A stretch of DNA of 64,000 nt from Dehalococcoidia bacterium (GTDB lineage Bacteria > Chloroflexota > Dehalococcoidia > Lucifugimonadales > Australimonadaceae). Positions 55,576 through 64,000 of the stretch are shown here, one piece after another (position 1 is the stretch's first letter; each line of letters opens with the position of its first letter). The notes below the pieces were generated by a model. That model saw nothing but the letters and a program-made list of their open reading frames with translations. It was not told the origin of the DNA and searched no databases. The stretch lies in assembly GCA_965200975.1 (NCBI GenBank), contig OZ241740.1, positions 1,996,244 to 2,060,243 on the forward strand. Reading direction: 5' to 3'. A program made the translations under genes and the position numbers.

Positions 55576-56559
55576 ATGAAAGCTGCATGGTATGAGCGGT
55601 ACGGCCCCGCGCGCGAGGTGCTGCAGACCGGCGAACTGCCAGACCCAGAGCCCGCGCCCGGCGAGGCGCTGGTGCGCGTCCGCGCGTCCGGCGTGAACCC
55701 GTCCGACTGGAAGGCGCGCACCGGGTCGCGCGGCCCGCAGATGCCCTTCCCGTTCGTCGTGCCTCACAGCGACGGCGCAGGCGAGATCGTCGCCGTCGGC
55801 CCGGACGTCGACCCCGCCCGCATCGGGCAGCGCGTCTGGCTGTTCGAGGGGCAGTGGCAGCGCCAGTTCGGCACGGCGGCGGAACTCATCGCGCTCCCCG
55901 CCGAGCACGCCGTCCCCCTTCCCAACGGCGTGAGCTTTACCGAAGGCGCCTGCATCGGCATTCCGGCAATGACCGCTCACCGCTGCCTCTTCGCATCCGG
56001 CCCCGTCACCGGCATGACCGTTCTCGTCACCGGCGGCGCAGGCGCTGTCGGGCACTACGCCATTCAATTCGCCAAGTGGGCCGGCGCCGCCGTCATCGCG
56101 ACCGTCAGCTCCGATGAGAAGGCCGCGCGCGCCGTCTCTTCCGGCGCCGACCACACCGTGAACTACCGCGCCGAGGATGTCGCGGCGCGCGTCCTCGACA
56201 TCACCGCCGGCAACGGAGTCGATCGCATCGTCGAGGTCGATTTCGGCGGCAACCTCTCCGTAACCAGGCAGGTGATCGCGCTGAACGGCGCCGTCGGCTG
56301 CTACGCCTCCACGGGCGACCGCGAACCGGCGGTCGAGTACCAGGCCTTCTCCCGCAAGAACGCCACCGTGCATTTCGTGCTCGTCTACTCCGAACCCGAG
56401 GCTGCTAAACGCCACGCGGTCGATGACATCGCCAAGGCGAGCGCCGACAACGCGCTGACGCATCCCGTAGCCGCCGCGATGCCGCTCGAAGAGATCGCCG
56501 CCGCCCACGAACTGCAGGAGAGCAACTCCGCTATCGGCAACATCATCCTCACGTTGTGA
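55576..56559 (+). CDS. NADPH:quinone reductase-like medium-chain dehydrogenase
   Basis: MKAAWYERYG..LVRVRASGVNPSDWK...VLVTGGAGAVGHYAIQ. Confidence 0.85.
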   Translation: MKAAWYERYGPAREVLQTGELPDPEPAPGEALVRVRASGVNPSDWKARTGSRGPQMPFPFVVPHSDGAGEIVAVGPDVDPARIGQRVWLFEGQWQRQFGTAAELIALPAEHAVPLPNGVSFTEGACIGIPAMTAHRCLFASGPVTGMTVLVTGGAGAVGHYAIQFAKWAGAAVIATVSSDEKAARAVSSGADHTVNYRAEDVAARVLDITAGNGVDRIVEVDFGGNLSVTRQVIALNGAVGCYASTGDREPAVEYQAFSRKNATVHFVLVYSEPEAAKRHAVDDIAKASADNALTHPVAAAMPLEEIAAAHELQESNSAIGNIILTL

Positions 56560-56668
56560 GCGCAACCGGCGCCGTCAGCGCCGAGCAGGCAGCCTCCCGC
56601 GTCTGCTCCCCCAAACCCCGCCCCGGCTACGCCGGAGAAGCCGCGCAGCCCCGCCCCAAACGCGTAGA

Positions 56669-57808
56669 ATGCCCTTGCCCGCTATGACCAATCCGCCCCC
56701 GCCACGAACCTACGCCGAGTCCGGCGTCGACACCGAGGCCGCAGCCGCCGGCCTCTCCGGTCTCCTCGCGTTCGTCCGCGAGACCCGCGCCTTCCGCAAC
56801 GGCGCCGGCGAACAGCTCGTCCCCAACGGCTTCTTCGCCTCCGTACTGCGCCTCGCAAACGCCCTCTCCCTCGCCGTCTCCACCGACGGCGTCGGCTCCA
56901 AAAGCGTCCTCGCCCAACTCACCGGCGACTTCGAGTCCATCGGGTGGGACTGCGTCGCCGTCAACGTCAACGACGTCGTCTGCGTCGGCGCCGAGCCCAT
57001 CGCTCTCCTCGACTACATCGCCCTCCAGTTCCCTCACCCCGACCTGCTCGCCGGGCTCGGAAAGGGGATGCGCGACGCCGCCGAACGCGCCGGCGTCGTC
57101 ATCGCCGGCGGCGAACTCTCCCAGCACCCCGACACCCTCGCCGGCCCCCGCCCAGGCTATGCGTTCGACATCTCCGGAACCTGCGTCGGACTCCTCGACA
57201 ACGCAGCCCCCATCACCGGCGACCGCGTCGCGCCGGGCGATCTGGTCATCGGCCTGCCCAGCAACGGCGTCCACGCCAACGGGCTCACCCTCGCGCGCCA
57301 GGTGCTGATGTCCGGCGGCGCAGACGACGCCGCGCGCTTCCTCCCGGAGTGCGGACGCTCCGTCGGCGAGGAGCTGCTCCGCCGAACCCGCATCTACGTC
57401 CCCGAAGCGCTCGCCCTGCTCCAGGCCGGGATCGACGTCCACGGCCTCGCCCACATTTCGGGCGACGGACTCCTCAACCTCCTGAGGCTCGACGCCGAGG
57501 TCGAGTACCGCCTCGACGCGCTCCCGGCCCCGCCGCCGGTGTTCGAAACGATACAGCGCGACGGAAACGTCGATCTCGCCGAGATGCACCGCGTCTACAA
57601 TATGGGCGTCGGCTTCTGCGCAGTCGTCCCCGAAGCCCAGGCCGCCGCAGCCCTCGAAGCCATCAGCGCAGCCGTCCCCCCCAACGAAGAAGCACCGGCG
57701 GACTCCGCCGTCGTCATCGGCGTCGTTCGCGAGGGCCCGCGGCGCGTCGTCCTGCCCGCGCAAGGGCTCGTAGGCGCCGATGGGGCATTCCGCCCGGCGG
57801 ATTCCTAG
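56669..57808 (+). CDS. purM: AIR synthase (PurM)-like protein
   Basis: ..YAESGVD...STDGVGSKS...GWDCVAVNVNDVVCVGAEPIALLDY. Confidence 0.7.
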   Translation: MPLPAMTNPPPPRTYAESGVDTEAAAAGLSGLLAFVRETRAFRNGAGEQLVPNGFFASVLRLANALSLAVSTDGVGSKSVLAQLTGDFESIGWDCVAVNVNDVVCVGAEPIALLDYIALQFPHPDLLAGLGKGMRDAAERAGVVIAGGELSQHPDTLAGPRPGYAFDISGTCVGLLDNAAPITGDRVAPGDLVIGLPSNGVHANGLTLARQVLMSGGADDAARFLPECGRSVGEELLRRTRIYVPEALALLQAGIDVHGLAHISGDGLLNLLRLDAEVEYRLDALPAPPPVFETIQRDGNVDLAEMHRVYNMGVGFCAVVPEAQAAAALEAISAAVPPNEEAPADSAVVIGVVREGPRRVVLPAQGLVGADGAFRPADS

Positions 57809-57895
57809 CCCCGCGACGCATCCGCGTGTAGAATCGCCTTCCCCGGCCCCGCCCCGCAAAGCGCTTGGCCGCCCACATCAGACCGGAGCCCTCAG

Positions 57896-58849
57896 ATGGC
57901 CCTCTACGAAGAACTAAAGATCTTCTCAGGCAACTCCAACCGCCCCCTCGCATCGAGAGTCGCCGAATACCTCGACATCCCCCTCGGCCAAAACGACGTA
58001 TTCAAGTTCAGCAACGACAACACGTTCGTCCGCATCCGCGAGAACATCCGCCAGCGCGACGTCTTCCTCATCCAGTCATTCTCCCTGCCCGTGAACGACC
58101 ACGTCATGGAGATGCTGATTATGATCGACGCCGCCAGGCGCGCCTCCGCCGGACGCATCACCGCCGTCATCCCCTACTACGGCTACGGACGCACCGACAA
58201 GAAAGACCAGCCCCGCGTCCCCATAACCGCAAGGCTTATCGCCGACCTCCTCACGACCGCAGGCGCCGACCGCGTCCTCACCATGGATCTCCACGCCGGG
58301 CAGATACAAGGCTTCTTCAACATCCCCGTGGACGAGCTCACCGCCCTTCCCATCATCGTCAACCACTTCCAGGATATGGCCCTCGATAACCCCGTCGTCG
58401 TCGCCGTCGACATCGGCATCTCCAAGCGCGCCCGCGATATGGCCGAACGGCTCGGCGCCCCCCTCGCCATCATCGAAAAACGCCGCACCGGCAACGAAGA
58501 CCAGACCGAACTCCTCAACATCATCGGCGACGTCCAGGGCAGAACCGCCATCCTGATGGACGACGAAGTGGACACCGGCGGCTCGATGGTAAGCGCCGCC
58601 GACGCGCTGATAGACTCCGGCGCCCTTGCCGTCTACTCCTCTTCCACTCACGCCGTCCTCTCCGGCGGCGCCGTAGCCCGATTCCAGGCCAGCCACATAC
58701 AGCACCTCGTCTGCACCGACACCATCGACCTCCCCGAGGAGAAACGCGACGGGTTCGTCGAGACCGTCTCCGTCGCCGAAGTCCTCGGCGAGGCCATCCA
58801 CCGCATCCACAGCGGCATGTCCGTCGGCGCAATGTTCGATAAACACTAG
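57896..58849 (+). CDS. prs: ribose-phosphate pyrophosphokinase
   Basis: MALYEELKIFSGNSN..LA...YYGYGRTDKK...MDLHAGQIQGFF...DDEVDTGGS. Confidence 0.95.
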   Translation: MALYEELKIFSGNSNRPLASRVAEYLDIPLGQNDVFKFSNDNTFVRIRENIRQRDVFLIQSFSLPVNDHVMEMLIMIDAARRASAGRITAVIPYYGYGRTDKKDQPRVPITARLIADLLTTAGADRVLTMDLHAGQIQGFFNIPVDELTALPIIVNHFQDMALDNPVVVAVDIGISKRARDMAERLGAPLAIIEKRRTGNEDQTELLNIIGDVQGRTAILMDDEVDTGGSMVSAADALIDSGALAVYSSSTHAVLSGGAVARFQASHIQHLVCTDTIDLPEEKRDGFVETVSVAEVLGEAIHRIHSGMSVGAMFDKH

Positions 58850-58851
58850 CT

Positions 58852-59340
58852 ATGCCCGACGACCGCGCATACGCCCGCCACGACCTCGGCGCCTGCGCCC
58901 TGGTCGAACCCGAGTACGTCGGCGTCCCCGGCCGCCGCACGTTCCGCCTCTACGCCAGCGGCGAGAACGGCGCCGCCCTCCTCTGGCTCGAAAAAGAAGA
59001 ACTCTACGAACTCGCCCTCACCATCAAACGAATGCTCGGCTCCCCCGTCCGCGAGACCGGCGAGCCCGTCGTCAGCGCCAGCGCAAACGCCCGCGCCGAC
59101 TTCAACCACAAGGTCACCAGCCTCTCCCTCGGCCACGACCGCCAGTCCGGACGCTATATGATCCTCGCCCAGGTGTCCGAAGAAGAAGACGACGCCATCG
59201 CTATGTGGGCCGACCGCGACGTGATGGAATGGCTCGCCGACCGCGCCTTCGAAGTGCACGACGCCGGCCGCGCTCGCTGCGTCCTCTGCGGAGCCCCTAC
59301 CCGCGAAGGCAAGACCCACGCCTGCCCACGCGCCAACTGA
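58852..59340 (+). CDS. DUF3090-type protein
   Basis: ORF 58852..59340 with a C-terminal CVLCGAP...HACPR Zn-like motif. Paired with the SCO1664-type gene, as is commonly seen (from memory). Confidence 0.55.
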   Translation: MPDDRAYARHDLGACALVEPEYVGVPGRRTFRLYASGENGAALLWLEKEELYELALTIKRMLGSPVRETGEPVVSASANARADFNHKVTSLSLGHDRQSGRYMILAQVSEEEDDAIAMWADRDVMEWLADRAFEVHDAGRARCVLCGAPTREGKTHACPRAN

Positions 59341-60116
59341 TGCCCCTCTACGCCCGCTACCCCCGCGAGCAGATCGCAACGGGCCGCCACGACATCCTCC
59401 CGTCAGACCCGGACGCTGAGCAGTTCCTCCGCAACGCCCGCATCGGCGACGGCTGGCTCCACCCCGACGCCTCGAACTACACGTTCGTCGTCGAACTGGA
59501 GTCCGAAGGATGCGCCGCGCACGGGGTCTACAAACCCCGCGCCGGGGAAGCCCCCCTGTGGGACTTCCCTCGCGGCTCCCTCTACCGCCGCGAATGCGCC
59601 GCCTACGAGCTCGGCAAAGCGCTCGGATGGGGCCTCATCCCCCCAACCGTCGAGCGCGAGGGCGAAGCCGGCGAAGGCTCCCTGCAACTGTTCGTGCCCC
59701 ACGACGCCGACTCCAACTTCTTCACCTTTCGCGACGAACGCGAGGAAGAATGCCTGCGCCTCGCCGTGTTCGACGTCATCGCCAACAACGCCGACCGCAA
59801 GGGCGGCCACTGCTTCGTCGGCCCCGACGAACGCGTCTGGGCCGTCGACAACGGCCTCACCTTCAACGCCGACTACAAGCTCAGGACCGTAATCTGGGAC
59901 TTCAGCGGACGCCGCACGCCGGACGCGCTGCTCGCCGACGCAGCCCGCGTTGCAGACGACCTCGCGTCGGGCGCCGGGCCGCTGGCGCGCGCGCTCGCCC
60001 CCATGCTCGACGAGTCCGAGACCGATGCGCTCCTCGACCGCCTGCGCAGCCTCGCCGACGACCCGCATCTCCCCTCGCCGCGCTCCCGCCGCGACTTACC
60101 CTGGCCCTGGATCTGA
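59340..60116 (+). CDS. SCO1664-family PI3/4-kinase-like protein
   Basis: TGATG coupling. ..HGVYKP..GE.PLWDFP...FDVIANNADRKGGH...DNGLTF. Confidence 0.6.
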   Translation: MPLYARYPREQIATGRHDILPSDPDAEQFLRNARIGDGWLHPDASNYTFVVELESEGCAAHGVYKPRAGEAPLWDFPRGSLYRRECAAYELGKALGWGLIPPTVEREGEAGEGSLQLFVPHDADSNFFTFRDEREEECLRLAVFDVIANNADRKGGHCFVGPDERVWAVDNGLTFNADYKLRTVIWDFSGRRTPDALLADAARVADDLASGAGPLARALAPMLDESETDALLDRLRSLADDPHLPSPRSRRDLPWPWI

Positions 60117-60149
60117 ATCCCCCAAAAGGGACGGCGACGGAGAAAGCTG

Positions 60150-61094
60150 CTATCCGGGACGCCGGAGCGTCGGAGGAGGCGCAGGCTGACTCCTGCCCAG
60201 CAACTGCCCCACTCGCCGCTGCAGCGCGCGCATAGGATACGTGCGCGGCGTGATGCCCGATGTGATGTGCTCGACGACGGGCGGTTTCCCGAGCACCATC
60301 GCCCCGCGCCAGCCGCGCAACTCGCTGGGCCGCGGACTCCGATGAGGGTCGGGGGAGAACGTGTCGAACGGCCCCCACTGCTTCGTTCGGGGATCCCACA
60401 GATACACCGCGCCTCCCGCTTCCCGAACCAGCAGCGCGCCAGCCGCCAGGTCCCACACCATCGGCCCGTTGAACACAACGTAATCGAACACCCCGCGGAC
60501 GGCCATCGCCTGCTCGAACCCTGCGCTGCCGGTCGACCGCAAGTCCCCGAGTCTCCGCCGCAGATGCCGGCCCTGCCTGAACATCCGCAGAAAATAGCCG
60601 GGCGCCGACGCCATCCGCCGGGGAGGGTCGAGTCCCTCGAGAACTATCGGGCGGCCGTCTTCGTACGCGCCGCCCCCGCTCCTGCCATGGAGCACGCGGC
60701 CCTCGGCGCTGCCGATGCGCGGAATGTAGATGGCCGCAGCCACGGGCCGGCCCTGCTCCAGCGCAGCCACCATCGCCGCGAACACCGGCAGCCCGTGCAG
60801 AAAGTTCGTCGTTCCGTCGAGCGGATCAACAACCCACGTAATCTCCCGGGCCTCGTCCGAGTCCGACTCCGTCTCCTCCGTAACCACGCCGTGCTCGGGA
60901 AAGCGCTCCGCTATGCGCGCGCGGAGGAACTCGTCCGCAGCCTGGTCGGCCTCCGTCACCGGATTGCGATTGTTGGCCGACTTGTAATCGACGGCAAGGG
61001 GACGGTCGAAGTAGTCGAGAAGCAACGCCCCGGCGCCGCGGATAAGGTCGGCGGCCTGCCGCTCTAGATCTTGGAGCTGGGCGTCGTCGAGCAT
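60150..61094 (-). CDS. inositol monophosphatase family protein
   Basis: In-frame ATG 61094. ..NPVTEADQAADEFL...VVTEETE...WVVDPLDGTTNF. Confidence 0.88.
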   Translation of the reverse strand: MLDDAQLQDLERQAADLIRGAGALLLDYFDRPLAVDYKSANNRNPVTEADQAADEFLRARIAERFPEHGVVTEETESDSDEAREITWVVDPLDGTTNFLHGLPVFAAMVAALEQGRPVAAAIYIPRIGSAEGRVLHGRSGGGAYEDGRPIVLEGLDPPRRMASAPGYFLRMFRQGRHLRRRLGDLRSTGSAGFEQAMAVRGVFDYVVFNGPMVWDLAAGALLVREAGGAVYLWDPRTKQWGPFDTFSPDPHRSPRPSELRGWRGAMVLGKPPVVEHITSGITPRTYPMRALQRRVGQLLGRSQPAPPPTLRRPG

Positions 61095-61230
61095 CGGACT
61101 CCTGCGTGTGCGCCGCCCGATTGTACACCCCCGCGGCGCCTCTCCGCCGCCAGGGTGGTAATCTCTGACTTGCGCGAGAGCAGCCCCCACGGCGGGACGG
61201 AAGCAGAACGGAAGCAGAGAGGAAGCGTCA

Positions 61231-62307
61231 GTGCGCGAGCACAAGGTAATCGTCATCGAAGGCGACGGCATCGGCCCCGAGCTCGTGGGAGCAGCCCTCG
61301 CGGTGCTCCGCGCCGTCGAACAGACGGCGGGAACGTTCCGCCTCGATATCGAGTTCCACCGGGGCGGCGCCGCCCTCTACAGCGAGACCGGCGTCAATCT
61401 CTCCCCGGAATCCCTGGCGGCAATCAAGGCAGCCGGCGCCACAATGAAGGGGCCGGTGGGCCTGCCAAGCGTCCGGCTTCCCGACGGCACCGAGGCCGGC
61501 GTGCTCGGCGGCGTGCTCCGCATCGGACTCGACACTTACGCCAACGTGCGCCCCGTGCGGCTGCTGCCCGGCGTCCCCGCCTCGCTCAAGGCCGAGCCGG
61601 GAGAGATCGACTACGTAATCGTCCGCGAGAACACCGAGGGCCTGTACTTGTCCAGAGGAAAGGGCGTGCAGACCGATACGGCGGCGGCGGACACTCTGCT
61701 CGTAACCCGCAAGGGAGTGGAGCGCGTGGCCCGGCGGGCGTTCGAACTGGCCGCTCAGCGCAACGGCGCTCCCGCCGACGGCGTGCGGCGCGTGACCTGC
61801 GTCGACAAGGCGAACGTGCTCCCTTCGATGGCGTTCTTCCGGCGCGTCTTCGATGAAGTTGGCGAGGAGTACCCCGGCGTCCAGCGGGAGCATCTCTACG
61901 CCGACGCTGCGGCGCAAGCCCTGGTCGCGGGCCCCCAACACTTCGACGTGCTCGTCATGGAAAACTTCCTCGGCGACATCCTCAGCGACCTGGGCGGAGG
62001 AACGGTCGGCGGCATCGGCCTCTGCCCGTCAGGCAATATCGGCGACGAACACGCGTACTTCGAGCCTATCCACGGCTCCGCGCCCGATATCGCAGGACAG
62101 GACAAAGCTAACCCTGTTTCGCAGACGCTCTCCGTCGCGATGATGCTGGACCACCTCGGCGAAACGGCGGGCGCGGAACTCGTGCGGCGAGCTGTGGCGG
62201 AATCGCTCGCAACCGGACGCCTGCAGATAGGAGAGCGCGGCCAGCCTGTCGGCGGCACGGCCAAGGCTGGCGAAACCATCGCCAACGTCGCCCGCCAGCT
62301 GGACTAA
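61231..62307 (+). CDS. isocitrate/isopropylmalate/tartrate dehydrogenase family protein
   Basis: ..IVIEGDGIGPE...VRENTEGLY...NFLGDILSDL...GSAPDIAGQDKANP. Confidence 0.88.
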   Translation: MREHKVIVIEGDGIGPELVGAALAVLRAVEQTAGTFRLDIEFHRGGAALYSETGVNLSPESLAAIKAAGATMKGPVGLPSVRLPDGTEAGVLGGVLRIGLDTYANVRPVRLLPGVPASLKAEPGEIDYVIVRENTEGLYLSRGKGVQTDTAAADTLLVTRKGVERVARRAFELAAQRNGAPADGVRRVTCVDKANVLPSMAFFRRVFDEVGEEYPGVQREHLYADAAAQALVAGPQHFDVLVMENFLGDILSDLGGGTVGGIGLCPSGNIGDEHAYFEPIHGSAPDIAGQDKANPVSQTLSVAMMLDHLGETAGAELVRRAVAESLATGRLQIGERGQPVGGTAKAGETIANVARQLD

Positions 62308-62489
62308 CCCACCCCACACCAACCAGGGGGTCTGGGGGAGCGAACGCTCTCCCAGTTTGCGTAGATATCGTTCGTCTGAAAGTACCGCAGCGCGGCGAAT
62401 GCCCGGATGCGCCGGACCTCCGGGTCGCCCTTGCCGGGCAACTCTGCGCCGCCCCAGAACTGCTTACGCGGGTCAATCTTCTCCGTCAC
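62304..62489 (-). CDS. small paralog P3 (C-terminus replaced by repeat DNA)
   Basis: MTEKIDPRKQFWGGAELPGKGDPEVRRIRAFAALRYFQTND.. aligns with P1 and P2 up to the repeat junction. Confidence 0.4.
   Translation of the reverse strand: MTEKIDPRKQFWGGAELPGKGDPEVRRIRAFAALRYFQTNDIYANWESVRSPRPPGWCGVG
62323..62357 (+). repeat. solo REP-like hairpin truncating small ORF P3
   Basis: CCAGGGGGTCTGGGGGAGCGAACGCTCTCCCAG. Its antisense translation forms the C-terminus (NWESVRSPRPPG) of ORF 62304..62489. Confidence 0.9.
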
Positions 62490-62679
62490 CTTGCTTGCTC
62501 CGGAGATATTCGCCGATGCGTTCCTCGGCCTTGCGAAACACCGTGATGTCCTCAGTCCGGTTGTACTCAGCGTGCGCCTCTCGCCGGATCTGATTTACCA
62601 CGGGGTCGCCTTCGCTAGCTAAGCTGGTGGCTGGCTCCCCCCCCCAGCGCAGCCCCGGGTCCCAGTGTTTCTCCGTCAT
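62473..62679 (-). CDS. small paralog P2
   Basis: MTEKHWDPGLRWGGEP..GDPVVNQIRREAHAEYNRTEDITVFRKAEERIGEYLRSK. ATGA overlap with P1. Confidence 0.5.
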   Translation of the reverse strand: MTEKHWDPGLRWGGEPATSLASEGDPVVNQIRREAHAEYNRTEDITVFRKAEERIGEYLRSKQGDGED

Positions 62680-62888
62680 TCGCCCTTGCTCCGCAAGTAT
62701 TCCGCGACGCGCTCCTCGCCCTTGTCAAGCTCGGCCGTATCGCGCGTCCGGTAGAACCGGTCCGCAGCTTCGCCGCGGATGCGCCGGACCTCCGGGTCAA
62801 CTTTGCTCGGCCAATCGAACGCCGGAGCTATCCAACGCTCCATCCGGCGGCGCTCTCGTTCCTCGTCCTCGCGGTCTTTATCTACCAT
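62676..62888 (-). CDS. small paralog P1
   Basis: ..WPSKVDPEVRRIRGEAADRFYRTRDTAELDKGEERVAEYLRSKGE. Confidence 0.5.
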   Translation of the reverse strand: MVDKDREDEERERRRMERWIAPAFDWPSKVDPEVRRIRGEAADRFYRTRDTAELDKGEERVAEYLRSKGE

Positions 62889-62889
62889 C

Positions 62890-63144
62890 TCAGCCTCCTC
62901 GCTTCTTCTTCGCCCGCTTCCGTCGAGCGACCGCTCGTTCAGCCCGCTCCCGCGCTTCCGGGAGGGGCATCTCGGGCGGGATCTTCTCCTTGCGCGGCCA
63001 GAGTCCGAGCTCGTGCAGCTTGTCCGTCCGCCGCTCGAGCTGGAGCTGGACGATGGCCTCCATAAACGCCTCCCGCCGGTCGGCCTGTGCCTTCGACGTG
63101 AAGTAGACGCGCTTGCCGTCCCGTATGACGAACGACGGGTTCAC
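62890..63144 (-). CDS. 84-aa hypothetical basic-tailed protein
   Basis: GTG start 63144. MNPSFVIRDGKRVYFTSKAQ...RRKRAKKKRGG. No family recognised. Confidence 0.45.
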   Translation of the reverse strand: MNPSFVIRDGKRVYFTSKAQADRREAFMEAIVQLQLERRTDKLHELGLWPRKEKIPPEMPLPEARERAERAVARRKRAKKKRGG

Positions 63145-63258
63145 GACGACCTCCTCGGGAGAATGCCGAGCTCTTCGAGCAGCGTCCGGTCTCCGGTGTC
63201 ACGCCAGAGCCGCCACGCCTCACGCTGTTCGGGACGAGAGGTCTTCTCTGGAGCCCGC

Positions 63259-64000
63259 CTAGGGGTCGGTGCGCGGAGAACCGCGCCGTCCGCTGTCGTC
63301 CACCTTCCGCAGTTCGCGCGGAAGCACGAATTCGACGTTCTCCTCGCTCACCTGCACGGTCTCCACCGAGTCGGGCTTCAGGAAGTCGATAACCTGCTCA
63401 ACCAGCGCTTCCGGCGTGGACGCGCCGGAGGTGATGCCGACCCGCTCTTTGCCCTCTATCCAGGCAGGATCGATATTCGACGCGTCGGGTATCAGGTAGG
63501 CGGGCAGGCCTGCAAGCTCCGCAACCTCGCGCAAGCGGTTGCAGTTGGAGCTGTTCTCCGCGCCCACGACCAGCACGAGCTCGACGCGCTTCGCCAGCTC
63601 CTTTACCGCATCCTGGCGGTTCGTTGTCGCGTAGCAGATGTCGTTCCGCGCCTCCAGCGCAGGGAAACGCTCCCTCAGAACGCCGATAACCTCTCTGGTG
63701 TCGTCGACCGAGAGCGTAGTCTGCGTGAGAGCGACCACCCGCTCCGGGTTGGCGACCTCCACACGCTTCGCCTCGCCCATGTCGTTCACAAGAGCCGAAG
63801 CATCGGGCGACTGCCCCATCGTGCCGACGACCTCGGGGTGGCCCTCATGGCCAATCACGAGAACGGAGTACCCCTCCCGAGCGAACTTCTTGGATTCGAG
63901 ATGCACCTTGGTCACGAGCGGGCACGTCGCGTCGATGACGTTCAGCCCTCGCTCAGCCGCAGCGCTCCAAACCTTGGGCTCGACCCCATGGGCGCTGAAG
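63259..64000 (-). CDS. ispH: 4-hydroxy-3-methylbut-2-enyl diphosphate reductase, C-terminal part (runs off window end)
   Basis: ..ATCPLVTKVHLE...VIGHEGHPEV...TTLSVDDT...ICYATTNRQ...NSSNCNRL. The reading frame stays open to 64000. Confidence 0.92.
   Translation of the reverse strand, partial: FSAHGVEPKVWSAAAERGLNVIDATCPLVTKVHLESKKFAREGYSVLVIGHEGHPEVVGTMGQSPDASALVNDMGEAKRVEVANPERVVALTQTTLSVDDTREVIGVLRERFPALEARNDICYATTNRQDAVKELAKRVELVLVVGAENSSNCNRLREVAELAGLPAYLIPDASNIDPAWIEGKERVGITSGASTPEALVEQVIDFLKPDSVETVQVSEENVEFVLPRELRKVDDSGRRGSPRTDP

Noticed and set aside
2578-62645. Enrichment of long C/G homopolymers as a genome-wide contingency strategy
   Set aside because: I count six runs of 9 or more: 2578, 4593, 5146, 37642, 55493 and 62637. 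A rough independent-base estimate, assuming about one third C and one third G, predicts about five in 64 kb. There is no evidence of enrichment.

Overview
High-GC (by eye about two-thirds G+C) bacterial chromosomal segment. The L34 sequence (KRTWQPK) and the gene set suggest a Chloroflexota/Thermomicrobia-like or Actinomycetota-like host, but this is inference only. The backbone is housekeeping and metabolic: secA (partial), tldD/pmbA, an MMPL-P450-DUF2236 cluster, tlyA, rpmH-rnpA-yidD-yidC-jag, recQ, purM-like, prs, ispH (partial). Three things stand out. (1) At 1.8-6.3 kb and 14.6-15.7 kb there are dense arrays of a ~165-bp REPIN/MITE-like element: 8 full copies plus 3 solo hairpins elsewhere. 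At 2.3-5.9 kb these arrays separate three tandem cassettes, each with its own promoter, leader, signal peptide and terminator. The cassettes encode a paralogous secreted protein family I cannot place. In all three, the conserved signal peptide is out of frame with the mature domain, twice at a C9/C10 tract. (2) A tail-less, integrase-less phage head module lies at 27.9-39.7 kb: XRE, ImmA-like, TerL, portal, protease, HK97 capsid and connector. TerL and ImmA are frame-broken. The portal-protease junction carries two nested low-GC accessory islands bounded by a 243-bp and a 27-bp direct repeat. (3) Smaller oddities include a low-GC GIY-YIG-like insertion with a mosaic duplication of host genes at 54.8-55.3 kb, and a triplicated small-ORF array cut by a solo repeat at 62.3-63.1 kb. 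Caveat: I count at least 8 frame breaks in unrelated genes. Assembly indel error is therefore a live alternative to every frameshift-based interpretation. Many long ORFs in the track are GC-driven antisense artefacts and are not reported.
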